Assembly (NCBI GenBank): GCA_034658635.1
Contig: JAYEFL010000097.1
Span: forward strand, 7,074-71,073
Source of the DNA: Bacteroidota bacterium
Lineage (GTDB): Bacteria; Bacteroidota; Bacteroidia; Bacteroidales; UBA12481
Length of the DNA stretch: 64,000 bases
Direction: 5' to 3'
The notes beneath the pieces were generated by a model. The model saw only the letters and a program-made list of their open reading frames with translations. It did no database searches and was not told the origin of the DNA. Each line of letters opens with the position of its first letter. Within the stretch, counting starts at the first letter, position 1. The translations under genes were made by a program, and so were the position numbers. Below, one piece after another: positions 29,372 to 38,521 of this stretch.

Positions 29372-30711
29372 GAGATATATGCTGCCATTTTTTTCTCCAG
29401 GACAGGGTGGGGAGAGAACCACTCCCTGTTCTCCAGGATATTATCAAAGAAATTCCATCTGAAATAGGAGTCCATGCCCATTGGTTCCAGTTGGTTGACA
29501 ATTAGCTGATTGCATTTCTGATTGACAGGAATGACATAGTCACCTGCATAATATTTGATGTTTTGCACTTCTGTGCGGGTTTCAAATTCTGTATGAAAAA
29601 AGTGACCATTTGAAGATCTGCGAGCCCATTCCAAATTTTCTATGTAGTATGCATTGACTGTCAAACTAGTGTCCTTGGTCAATCGATGCATTGTTACCTG
29701 ATTAATTTTCAAGCGATCAACAAGCTCTGACCAGGCTTGGGGCAGAATGTAATATACAGGCTTTTCAACTGTTACATCAGGGGTGAAATTGTCATAATAA
29801 CGAACTGTTTTTGTAAATGGTTTTGAATGGTCATAATCGCCAAACGTTTCATTTGTCAGTAAACCTGTTCTTGTTCCTCTGCCATATCCTTTAAAATCAA
29901 TCAGCTCGTATTGGCTGGTATCCAGCTCATAGGAAAGAGGAAAGATCTCCTGAGTTTTGATCTTTTCATCAGCATGATTCCGTTTCTCCCGAATCATATG
30001 CCCATTTTCAGAAGTGTAGTCAATTAGAGAAGTTATATAAAAGTAAACTGATTTTACTCGATCCGGATATGGTTTGTAGCAATGATTCTCTGTCATGAAA
30101 GAAAGTGAATTGAACAATTGTGCATAGCCTGTGGAATATTTAGGACTTTGAACATAATTGGTGATTCCGCTTTCAGGATTTCTGTTTGTATAGGTGACAT
30201 ACGGAATTAGCTCATATGGAGTAAGCTTCATCTTTTTATATAGTTCCGGAATCATCTCCTGACTAAAGAAATCGCCCAGATCTTGTTGCATGCTGTTGTG
30301 CTGGGCAGGAATAAGCGTTATGCAATATTGATGATCAGAACCATTGGTAGTATGAGTATCCAGTAATACATGAGGCTTCCAGGTCTGAAATAGTCTTGCA
30401 AACGATTTAGCATTTTCAGTATCCATTTTCACAAAGTCTCGATTCAGATCCAGATTCTTTGCATTCCCCCGGTAACCTGATGCATATGGTCCTGGTTGAT
30501 TTGTTCTGTGGAAATGTGAGCGATACAGGCAGCCGCCAACATTATAAACTGGGATTATACAAACAATAGTGTTATCTAATAAGGATTGCATCCCATCGAG
30601 GTTCCGAAGTAAATCATCGGCATATTTTAAGCTGGCATCGATTCCACACGGTTCACCAGGATGTATGCCGTTGTTAATAAGAACATCGAAAAACTTCTGG
30701 ATCATATGCAC
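29353..30711 (-). CDS. M14-family zinc carboxypeptidase-like protein, apparently truncated at the N-terminus
   Basis: The zinc motif INNGIHPGEPCGIDAS begins at residue 13 of the ORF. From memory, family members carry a signal peptide plus about 70-90 residues before this motif. Only 68 bp separate the ORF from lgt. Confidence 0.65.
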   Translation of the reverse strand: MHMIQKFFDVLINNGIHPGEPCGIDASLKYADDLLRNLDGMQSLLDNTIVCIIPVYNVGGCLYRSHFHRTNQPGPYASGYRGNAKNLDLNRDFVKMDTENAKSFARLFQTWKPHVLLDTHTTNGSDHQYCITLIPAQHNSMQQDLGDFFSQEMIPELYKKMKLTPYELIPYVTYTNRNPESGITNYVQSPKYSTGYAQLFNSLSFMTENHCYKPYPDRVKSVYFYITSLIDYTSENGHMIREKRNHADEKIKTQEIFPLSYELDTSQYELIDFKGYGRGTRTGLLTNETFGDYDHSKPFTKTVRYYDNFTPDVTVEKPVYYILPQAWSELVDRLKINQVTMHRLTKDTSLTVNAYYIENLEWARRSSNGHFFHTEFETRTEVQNIKYYAGDYVIPVNQKCNQLIVNQLEPMGMDSYFRWNFFDNILENREWFSPHPVLEKKMAAYISYSQYL

Positions 30712-30779
30712 GCTTTAATAGATTTGTCATACCCCAAATTTGGGGTAAAATTCTCTAAAAAATCTTCAGAAGAAAAGAT

Positions 30780-31631
30780 TTAACTTTTTTTAATTTTTGG
30801 TTTTGGAGTTTTGCCTTTGATCGCCTCATCCATTCGGGGATAAGTTTTTTGCTCTACTTTTCTGAAGACAAAATACAGACCGATGATAACTAGTGGGATG
30901 CTCAACCATTGTCCCATATTCATTGTCATATTATCCTCGAAAGCCACCTGGTTTTCTTTAGTAAATTCTATTAAAATCCTGAAACCAAAAATAAGACTCA
31001 CCCAAAAACCAAAAAGCTTCCCTGGCATATTTCCTGTATTTGTTTTCCAGTACAAAAACATCAGAAGAACAAAAATACCCAGATAAGCAAGAGCTTCATA
31101 TAATTGAGATGGATGGCGGGGAACCATGTCATGGCTCACAAAAGTAAATGCCCATGGGATTTCAGCAGGTTTGCCAATAATTTCTGAATTCATAAGGTTG
31201 CCTAAGCGGATAAAAGTTCCTGCCAAAGCAGCTGGAACAACAACACGATCAAATATCCACAAAACAGAACGTTTGCTATATTTTCTTGTCCAAATGTATA
31301 ATGCCAGAGCTATACCAAGAAAACCTCCATGGCTGGCAAGACCACCATGCCATATTTTAATGATTTCACCAGGATTTCTCTGGTAGAAAGCCCAGTCATA
31401 AAAGAATACATGCCCAAGCCTTGCTCCTAATACAGTACCCACAACAACAAATAAGAACAAACTGTCAACAAGATCTTTGTTGACTCCCTCTTTTTGAAAC
31501 ATACGGGTAATAATGATAATTCCAAATACAAAACCCAGAGCAAAAAGAAGTCCATACCATCTGACTTCCAATTGACCGAGTTGTAATAATATCGGATTAA
31601 TATCCCAAACAATTCCCTTGAGTTCTTCCAT
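30780..31631 (-). CDS. lgt: Prolipoprotein diacylglyceryl transferase
   Basis: Contains VRWYGLLFALGF, GGLASHGG and HPSQLYEA motifs in a polytopic protein. Confidence 0.9.
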   Translation of the reverse strand: MEELKGIVWDINPILLQLGQLEVRWYGLLFALGFVFGIIIITRMFQKEGVNKDLVDSLFLFVVVGTVLGARLGHVFFYDWAFYQRNPGEIIKIWHGGLASHGGFLGIALALYIWTRKYSKRSVLWIFDRVVVPAALAGTFIRLGNLMNSEIIGKPAEIPWAFTFVSHDMVPRHPSQLYEALAYLGIFVLLMFLYWKTNTGNMPGKLFGFWVSLIFGFRILIEFTKENQVAFEDNMTMNMGQWLSIPLVIIGLYFVFRKVEQKTYPRMDEAIKGKTPKPKIKKS

Positions 31632-31745
31632 TTTAGTGTTATTGATTACGTAAAGGTAGCTTATATGATATCTTAGTCAAAATATAGAAACGCGAAGCTA
31701 AAAGAAAAATTCTATCTTTAGCAAAAATCACTTAAACTCAAGATT

Positions 31746-33038
31746 ATGAAAAAGCATTCCCTTGTTATTTCTTTATTAATCATTAGTGCTCTAAGTTTTT
31801 CTTCTGCAGCCTTTTCACAAGATAATGCCGGGAAAAGATGGAAAATGGGTGGAGTTCCTGCTATCGCCTATGATTCTGATATGGGTTTCAGGTACGGTGC
31901 ACTGGCAAATTTTTACGATCATGGTCCTGATATGGAGCTGTATCCTGCCTACAGGCATTCTTTATATGTGGAATGGTCACATACAACTAAAGGAAACGAT
32001 ATTAAGCAGATGAAGTATGATTCTAAATATCTTATTCCAAAAGTTAGGGTGACAGCTTCTGCACGTTTAGAAACTGAGCAGGCTATGGATTTCTATGGGT
32101 TTAACGGTTATGAATCGCTGTATAATCCCGCTTTCACTGATGCTGGAAGTGATGAATACCTGACTCGTATGTATTACAGAATGAATTTCAGGTCATTAAG
32201 GTTAAAGGCTGACTTTCAGGGAGAACTTGGACTAAAGAAACTAAAATGGTATGCGGGTGTTGCACATTATAACTTACAAATTGGATCTGTTGATATTGAA
32301 GGTATTAACGAAAAGAAAGATGATGAAGGAGATTTGTTGCCAGATATTCCCGGATTATACGACGAGTATGTGAATAAGGGATATATACCAGCAGATCAGG
32401 CTGAGGGAGGATATACAAGTACTTTGAAGTTCGGTTTGGTGGCTGATACACGTGACAAAGAAGCTAACCCAAACAGAGGCATTTGGGCTGAGACCTTTAT
32501 TGTTACTGCCCCGGGTTTTATTGGCAATAAAAGTGCATACACTGGTGTAATAGCTACTTTTCGTCATTATTTACCGATTATCCATAATAAGCTCACTTTT
32601 GCTTATCGTATTAATTATCAGTCAACTTTATCCGGATCTATACCCTGGTTTATGATGGTATATAAGCCTGATACTTATGTCTCGTGGAATGGACTTGGAG
32701 GATCAAAAACTCTTCGGGGAATCATGAGAAATCGTGTTGTAGGTGAAGGAGCAGTGCTTGGAAATTTCGAACTCAGATGGAAATTTGTAAACTTCAATCT
32801 TGGTGGTCAAAAAATATACCTGGCCTTGTCGCCATTTGTTGACGCTGCAAAGATTACAAAAAAGTATGCCTTACAGCCTGATGTGACAGGTGACACTGAT
32901 GGAGTCCACCTGAGCTATGGTGCTGGCTTGCACATAGCCCTGAATGAGAATTTCATTATTGCTGTGGATTATGGAATGGCCGCAGATAAGCGTGATGGAA
33001 CTTCCGGATTATATATCGGACTGGATTTCCTCTTTTAA
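31746..33038 (+). CDS. Outer-membrane beta-barrel, Omp85/surface-antigen-like, without POTRA domains
   Basis: A signal peptide is followed by alternating beta-strand patterning. The C-terminus ends ...GLYIGLDFLF, a terminal aromatic typical of OMP barrels. Confidence 0.5.
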   Translation: MKKHSLVISLLIISALSFSSAAFSQDNAGKRWKMGGVPAIAYDSDMGFRYGALANFYDHGPDMELYPAYRHSLYVEWSHTTKGNDIKQMKYDSKYLIPKVRVTASARLETEQAMDFYGFNGYESLYNPAFTDAGSDEYLTRMYYRMNFRSLRLKADFQGELGLKKLKWYAGVAHYNLQIGSVDIEGINEKKDDEGDLLPDIPGLYDEYVNKGYIPADQAEGGYTSTLKFGLVADTRDKEANPNRGIWAETFIVTAPGFIGNKSAYTGVIATFRHYLPIIHNKLTFAYRINYQSTLSGSIPWFMMVYKPDTYVSWNGLGGSKTLRGIMRNRVVGEGAVLGNFELRWKFVNFNLGGQKIYLALSPFVDAAKITKKYALQPDVTGDTDGVHLSYGAGLHIALNENFIIAVDYGMAADKRDGTSGLYIGLDFLF

Positions 33039-33061
33039 GAAGATATTTTACCAAAAATCAT

Positions 33062-33099
33062 AAAAGCCTGTTGGGGACGAGTATTCCTGACAGGCTTTT
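33062..33099. terminator. Hairpin between convergent genes; a possible bidirectional terminator
   Basis: AAAAGCCTGT ... ACAGGCTTTT gives a 10-bp stem with an 18-nt loop. A/T runs flank both sides. It overlaps the stop codon of the minus-strand gene. Confidence 0.45.
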
Positions 33100-33745
33100 A
33101 AAATTCCTCAAGAGCTCGTAAAAAGGCCATTTTGCAACATACCTCATAACACTTCAATTCTTGTTGACGACCATCTCCCCTGTAATTACGTAGGTCTACT
33201 CCTACATCATATTGCGTGCCAACTTTTTCGCCAGTAGCAAAAAAGCCTTCGGATGTTTGTAGAAGGTTTTTATCTGCATCATAAAGCTGAATTCTACAAC
33301 GCATTTTTACAACTTTAATAATTGGCTGCCCTGTACTTCCTTGCATTTGGCCTGGTGAAATCTGTCCGATATCCTTAAGCAGGATTCTTAAATATCTTTC
33401 AGATCGTTTAGATTTTACAGCTTTTCCTAATGACATAACCGGAATGCCATAAGGATTTGCCTTAATGTCAGCTAATTGCCTCATTGGCTCAACTGGTAAT
33501 TGGAGATTTTCAAATTGATTCATGAAAAAATCCACAAGAATTGGATACATCTCCTCATGTGCCCTCGTTTTGCCCCTGGTGCCATATAGTTTGAGATATT
33601 CTTTTGTAGGTAAATCACCCTGATCATTGTTTAGCTTGAAGTCAAGACTGAAATTAAATGTTGCAATAGGCTTATTATCTGTAGTTTGACCAAATGCATT
33701 GCAGGTAAATAGTATTAATACGCTAATCAAAACCGATGATTTCAT
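33098..33745 (-). CDS. Secreted protein of unknown function
   Basis: I prefer the start MKSSVLISVLILFTCNAFGQ (a signal peptide) at 33745. It is the last gene of the DUF6165-like / GT9 operon. I recognise no motif. Confidence 0.55.
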   Translation of the reverse strand: MKSSVLISVLILFTCNAFGQTTDNKPIATFNFSLDFKLNNDQGDLPTKEYLKLYGTRGKTRAHEEMYPILVDFFMNQFENLQLPVEPMRQLADIKANPYGIPVMSLGKAVKSKRSERYLRILLKDIGQISPGQMQGSTGQPIIKVVKMRCRIQLYDADKNLLQTSEGFFATGEKVGTQYDVGVDLRNYRGDGRQQELKCYEVCCKMAFLRALEEF

Positions 33746-33792
33746 AATGTGTCTGTTTTGGTTACCTAAATTTACTAAAGAGCAATGAATTA

Positions 33793-34818
33793 TCAATGAT
33801 TTTTCTTCAAATGCCAAGATATTCGATCAGTAAGCTGCTTTACTTGTATAGATCTCAGACACAGAAAAGGGTCAGATTTCAATTTGCAGGTTTCTTTTCC
33901 ATACACTGAGCAAGGGCGACAATCTAAATGAACTGAGGAAGAAATAATGTCATCTTCAGATTGAAAAGCAGGTCTGAACCCTATATCCGGATGTGTGCCT
34001 CCCCAAATAGAAACTACTGGAATACCTAATATATCTGCAAGATGCATATTGGCAGAATCCATACTTACCATTACATCTAAATTGCCTATCAGGGGTATCT
34101 CATCAGAAGGACTCAGAACTCCACATAGATTCAGAACATTATTATTATCAAGCATGGACGCTTGTGAAAATTCAGAATCAGCCCCGAAAATATAAAACTG
34201 TATATCCCAATCATTATTAAGAGAATTAATGAGCTCAATGAATTTTTCCAAGGGCCATAACTTTGTTGCATGTTTCGAGAAAGGCGCAAGACCAATGTGT
34301 AATGCATGACCAGTTTCCTTAATGGGGGATTTGGCTGTCTTTACGTAAAGAGAGCCTATCTCGTGTAAATGAAATCCTAATCCAGCTTTTTCAAAAGGTT
34401 TCAGGTAAGATTCCATTGTACTTATAAGAACTTGTCGGTTTTTCCCCGAGATGTAATTTCTTTTCAGTCTTCTGTTTTTTTGAAGCTTATAAGTTTTAAG
34501 TTTTTGAAGTCTGAATAAGAAGCTTAAAAGTTGACTTCTTAAAACATTATGAAGGTCAATAACTAATGTATATTCTCCTTTAGATTTCAAGAACCTGAAT
34601 AGCTTATAAATGCCCGTTAATCCTTGGAAATCATTTTCCAGATTCAAGCCAACCAGGCTCAATCGTTCGTGCTGTGGAAAATATCTCACGAAACGATTAC
34701 GGGTAGCAAATACAATATGGAGTTCCGGATTGGCTTCCAAGGCGTTCATAACGACTGGGATTGAGATTAGTACATCCCCAAAAGACGAAAAGCGATATAT
34801 CAATATCCTTTCAGGCAT
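33793..34818 (-). CDS. Glycosyltransferase family 9 (LPS heptosyltransferase-like)
   Basis: The start ILIYRFSSFGDVL and the later MVSMDSANMHLADILGIPVVSIWGGT are characteristic GT9 motifs. Confidence 0.8.
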   Translation of the reverse strand: MPERILIYRFSSFGDVLISIPVVMNALEANPELHIVFATRNRFVRYFPQHERLSLVGLNLENDFQGLTGIYKLFRFLKSKGEYTLVIDLHNVLRSQLLSFLFRLQKLKTYKLQKNRRLKRNYISGKNRQVLISTMESYLKPFEKAGLGFHLHEIGSLYVKTAKSPIKETGHALHIGLAPFSKHATKLWPLEKFIELINSLNNDWDIQFYIFGADSEFSQASMLDNNNVLNLCGVLSPSDEIPLIGNLDVMVSMDSANMHLADILGIPVVSIWGGTHPDIGFRPAFQSEDDIISSSVHLDCRPCSVYGKETCKLKSDPFLCLRSIQVKQLTDRISWHLKKNH

Positions 34819-35189
34819 TAATACTTCTGATATGATTTTTCCTCGGATAATTCGGATCCGGTAATAAGATTTATTTCCTTTTTTATTTCGGCTCTCGTAT
34901 CGTTGTTGATGTACACTTCACGGGCAGTTTGAACAAATTCTTTATCGAAGTTGGCATTACGTTCCAGGTCTCTGATTCTATCCTCAATGTTCCACAACTT
35001 CTCATTGATTAGTTTCAATTTTATATATTGTTGCTGACAATGTGGTAAAATGTCAGATGCCGCCAGGTGAAGAATACTTAATTCTTTACGGATATTCATA
35101 AGCTTATCGGGTGAGTCTATTCTTTCAGACTTAATTTCCAGTATACTTAACTTATCAATCAATTCGCCGTTGGATACTTCAATTTTCAT
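34818..35189 (-). CDS. Small coiled-coil protein (DUF6165-like) coupled to the GT9 gene
   Basis: 123 aa starting MKIEVSNGELIDKLSILEIK. Its stop and the GT9 start overlap by 1 nt. Confidence 0.45.
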   Translation of the reverse strand: MKIEVSNGELIDKLSILEIKSERIDSPDKLMNIRKELSILHLAASDILPHCQQQYIKLKLINEKLWNIEDRIRDLERNANFDKEFVQTAREVYINNDTRAEIKKEINLITGSELSEEKSYQKY

Positions 35190-35255
35190 ATTTGAAAGGT
35201 ATAATTATTTTCAAATTATTAACAATTTATTGTGCACTTAGGATGAAAAGCCAAT

Positions 35256-35263
35256 TATTTTTG
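35256..35263 (+). promoter_or_regulatory. Candidate -7 box (TAnnTTTG) upstream of the TonB-dependent receptor gene
   Basis: TATTTTTG lies 32 nt upstream of the ATG at 35296. Confidence 0.35.
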
Positions 35264-35295
35264 TTGTCTCGACTTCATTTTGATATTGGAAATAA

Positions 35296-37515
35296 ATGAA
35301 ATATAAATTATTGCTCCTTTTTGTTGCAGGACTGATGCCACTGATTAGTATAGGGCAGACAGTTTCAGGTACTGTATACGAGGTACAAGATGATTCTGAC
35401 ATTAGTCTTCCCGGGGTTAATGTATATTGGGCTGGTTCGGAAATTGGAACTGCCAGCGATGAAAATGGAAAATTCGTATTGTTTAAGCCGTCAAAATATC
35501 ATCAACTGGTGTTCAGCTTTGTTGGATATGAGAGTGATACTCTTGAAATAAGGAAAACTGATCAGGAAATCAGGCTTGTAATGAATGCTGCAAAAATTCT
35601 GGATGAAGTTCAGATTGTCAGGAGAAGTGTAGGCACTCATATTGATCGCTTAAATCCTATTATGACCGAGAATATTACTGGAGCTGAGCTTTGTAAAGCT
35701 GCTTGTTGCAACCTGGCAGAGAGTTTTGAAACCAATGCATCAGTTGATGCCTATTATTCTAATGCAGTAACAGGTGCCAAGCAGATCCGCCTGTTAGGGC
35801 TTGATGGAACTTATGTCCAACTACTAACTGAGAATATTCCTGCTTTGCGTGGTTTGGCTACACCCTATGGTTTAGGTTACATCCCTGGCGCCTGGATGGA
35901 AGCTATTCAAATCTCAAAAGGAACAGCTTCTGTCAAGAATGGTTATGAGTCTATTGCCGGACAGATAAATATTGAATACCTGAAGCCAAACACCGCAGAT
36001 AAATTTTTTGTCAATGCACTCGTTAATAATGCCGGAAAAAGAGAAACGAATATTGTGGGATCTGCTATTTTGAATGAAGATCTGAGTACACTTATTCTTG
36101 CTCATGTTGAAGATAATTCTCAAGTAGACGATCATCAGGGAGATGGCTTCTTAGATCATCCTTTTTTAAGACAGTATAACCTTCTTAACCGCTGGTTTTA
36201 CAGCACAGATCATATTCATATGCACATTGGGCTGAAAGCCTTGATTGAAAGCCGGACAACAGGGCAGGTGGATTTTAAACGAGGACAATCAAGAGGTATA
36301 GATATGCCATATGGAATTGGGATTGATACTGACAGATATGAGGGATTCCTGAAATTGGGGTATACTTTCAATAATGATAGGAATTCTAGTTTTGGATCAA
36401 TCTTTTCTTTGTCAAATCATAGTCAGGAAGCATTCTTTGGTGTGAAGGATTATTCTGGTGAGCAATTGAACTACTATATGAATCTCATGTTCCAAACAGA
36501 TTTTTTTAATGCTAATAATACTATAACAACCGGATACAGCCTGAATTATGATGATTATGTTGAATACCTTGATCAAACAAACTTTCTCAGAACGGAACTG
36601 GTTCAAGGGGTTTTTGCAGAATATGCGTACAAACACGATGATGATTTTATTCTCCAGACTGGTTTAAGACTGGATTATCATAATCTTTATGGAATTCTAT
36701 TTACGCCAAGAATTCATGCACGTTATAGTTTTGATGAGCATACAATATTCAGAGTTTCAGCTGGCAAAGGGTACCGCTCTCCTAATGTTCTTGCCGAGAA
36801 CAACCATTTCCTTGCAAATTCAAGATCAATTATTATTGCATCGGACCTTCTGCAGGAAGAAGCCTGGAATTTTGGTGTGAACATGACAAGATACTTTTCT
36901 CTTGGTGCCAGACAATTGACTGCCAATATAGAGGCTCACAGAACTTCCTTTGTTAATCAAATCATTGTTGACCTTGATTCCAGTGTTGATGAGGTAAGCT
37001 TCTATAACCTGAATGGAGAGTCCTTTGCAAACAATTATCAGATAGAACTGACTTATGAGATTATTAGAGGTTTAGATGCCAGGACAGCCTTCAGGTATAG
37101 CGACGTTCAATTTTCATTGAAAGGAGGCGACCTTGTGGAAAAGCCATTAATGAGTAAGTATAAAGGCCTGATAACCTTGTCGTATGCAACTCCACTAAAG
37201 AAATGGCAGTTTGATCTCACCAGCCAGTTTAACGGTCCTGGCAGAATCCCTTCAACATCTTCTAATCCTGTTGAATACCAAGTGGAGGAAACATTTGATC
37301 CATATACTATCATTCATGCACAAATCACTAAATATTTCAAGACCTGGAACGTGTATGCTGGAGTCGAGAACTTGACGGATTTTACTCAGGAACATCCTGT
37401 ATTGGCTGCTGACCAGCCATTTGGGTCTTACTTTGATGGTTCCCTTATTTGGGGTCCATTGCATGGCAGAAAGCTTTATGTAGGGTTTAGATTTGGTATA
37501 AGCAGAGAAGAATGA
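35296..37515 (+). CDS. TonB-dependent receptor with an N-terminal carboxypeptidase-regulatory-like domain
   Basis: A signal peptide is followed by VSGTVYE...LPGVNVYW...DENGKF (CarbopepD_reg-like), then a plug region and a long beta-barrel. Confidence 0.85.
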   Translation: MKYKLLLLFVAGLMPLISIGQTVSGTVYEVQDDSDISLPGVNVYWAGSEIGTASDENGKFVLFKPSKYHQLVFSFVGYESDTLEIRKTDQEIRLVMNAAKILDEVQIVRRSVGTHIDRLNPIMTENITGAELCKAACCNLAESFETNASVDAYYSNAVTGAKQIRLLGLDGTYVQLLTENIPALRGLATPYGLGYIPGAWMEAIQISKGTASVKNGYESIAGQINIEYLKPNTADKFFVNALVNNAGKRETNIVGSAILNEDLSTLILAHVEDNSQVDDHQGDGFLDHPFLRQYNLLNRWFYSTDHIHMHIGLKALIESRTTGQVDFKRGQSRGIDMPYGIGIDTDRYEGFLKLGYTFNNDRNSSFGSIFSLSNHSQEAFFGVKDYSGEQLNYYMNLMFQTDFFNANNTITTGYSLNYDDYVEYLDQTNFLRTELVQGVFAEYAYKHDDDFILQTGLRLDYHNLYGILFTPRIHARYSFDEHTIFRVSAGKGYRSPNVLAENNHFLANSRSIIIASDLLQEEAWNFGVNMTRYFSLGARQLTANIEAHRTSFVNQIIVDLDSSVDEVSFYNLNGESFANNYQIELTYEIIRGLDARTAFRYSDVQFSLKGGDLVEKPLMSKYKGLITLSYATPLKKWQFDLTSQFNGPGRIPSTSSNPVEYQVEETFDPYTIIHAQITKYFKTWNVYAGVENLTDFTQEHPVLAADQPFGSYFDGSLIWGPLHGRKLYVGFRFGISREE

Positions 37516-37558
37516 GCTTAATTATTAATATCATAATTGTAACATAAAACCAGATATC

Positions 37559-37900
37559 ATGAAAAGATTTATTGCTTTATTGGCATTTAGCTTAGCGCTG
37601 TTCTCAAGTAATTTCAGCACTATGGCTCAGGAAAAGAAAGAAAAGAAAGAGAAGAAGATCGAAACATTGACTTGTTGGGTATCTATGGATTGTGATGGAT
37701 GTGTTGCTAAGATTAAAAAAAATATCGCTTATGAAAAAGGGGTTAAGGACCTGAATATCGACTTAAAAACAAAACTCGTAACTGTAAAGTATCGAAAAGA
37801 TAAGACCTCACCTGAAAAGCTGGAGAAAGCTATCCGAGACCTGGGATTTAAAACTGAGATAATCAAAGAGGTCAAAAAAGAAGGAAAAAAGGTAAAATAG
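37559..37900 (+). CDS. Exported heavy-metal-associated (HMA) domain protein
   Basis: A signal peptide and a KEKKEKKEKK linker precede MDCDGC, the MxCxxC metal-binding loop of the HMA ferredoxin-like fold. The tail is Lys-rich. Confidence 0.8.
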   Translation: MKRFIALLAFSLALFSSNFSTMAQEKKEKKEKKIETLTCWVSMDCDGCVAKIKKNIAYEKGVKDLNIDLKTKLVTVKYRKDKTSPEKLEKAIRDLGFKTEIIKEVKKEGKKVK

Positions 37901-37930
37901 TTTCATTGCATTTGGTAGACTCAATAATTA

Positions 37931-37944
37931 TGTATAATTATGCA
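37931..37944. promoter_or_regulatory. ARG-box-like operator upstream of argR
   Basis: TGTATAATTATGCA lies 24 nt upstream of the argR ATG and differs by 1 nt from the 14-mer at 38508. The adjacent sequence forms the tandem repeat ATAATTATG-t-ATAATTATG. Confidence 0.45.
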
Positions 37945-37967
37945 TCAGATTTGTAATTATATACATC

Positions 37968-38441
37968 ATGGAACGTGTTTACCGCTTAGAGTTAATCAAG
38001 GAGTTATTAGAGAAGAGAACAATTTCCAATCATGATGAGCTGCAATCAGAACTTCTTAAGCAAGGAGTTACTGTTACTCAGGCAACTCTTTCAAGAGATT
38101 TAAAATCATTACGGGTTTCTCGTGTTACCGACAAGAATGGGAAAACACGATATGTTTTACAAGATCCCGGATCTTCACAATTTCAAAATGATGAATTGCC
38201 AGATCATCTGTCTGGTGTGATATCTGTTGAATTCAGCGGGCAGATGGGAGTTATTAAAACAATTCCAGGCTTTGCCAGCGCTGTGGCATACTACATCGAT
38301 CAGGTAGGGATTCCTGAGATAATGGGAACAATTGCAGGTGATGATACGATCCTTCTAATATCCAGAACAGGGGTTTCTTCTAACCAGCTAGCCGGTATTC
38401 TCTCCAGATCATTTTCAAGTTTGATTAATAAATTTATTTAA
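37968..38441 (+). CDS. argR: Arginine repressor
   Basis: The N-terminal winged helix has QATLSRDLKSL, and the C-terminal oligomerisation/arginine-binding domain has GTIAGDDTILL. Confidence 0.85.
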   Translation: MERVYRLELIKELLEKRTISNHDELQSELLKQGVTVTQATLSRDLKSLRVSRVTDKNGKTRYVLQDPGSSQFQNDELPDHLSGVISVEFSGQMGVIKTIPGFASAVAYYIDQVGIPEIMGTIAGDDTILLISRTGVSSNQLAGILSRSFSSLINKFI

Positions 38442-38507
38442 AAGATTTCCAAGAATGGCAGATCGTTCTAAAGACTGGTTTTGTCAGGAATCGATATGAT
38501 TAATTAG

Positions 38508-38521
38508 TGAATAATTATGCA
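38508..38521. promoter_or_regulatory. ARG-box-like operator overlapping the argG start codon
   Basis: TGAATAATTATGCA matches the TGAAT-wwww-ATTCA core of the E. coli ARG box with one mismatch. The argG ATG lies inside it. Confidence 0.45.

Noticed and set aside
35190-35295. A possible riboswitch (for example cobalamin) in the leader of the TonB-dependent receptor gene.
   Set aside because: The whole gap is about 106 bp and very AT-rich. It contains only a weak TTTGAAA/TTTCAAA inverted repeat and a -7 box, which is too short and too featureless for known riboswitch classes.
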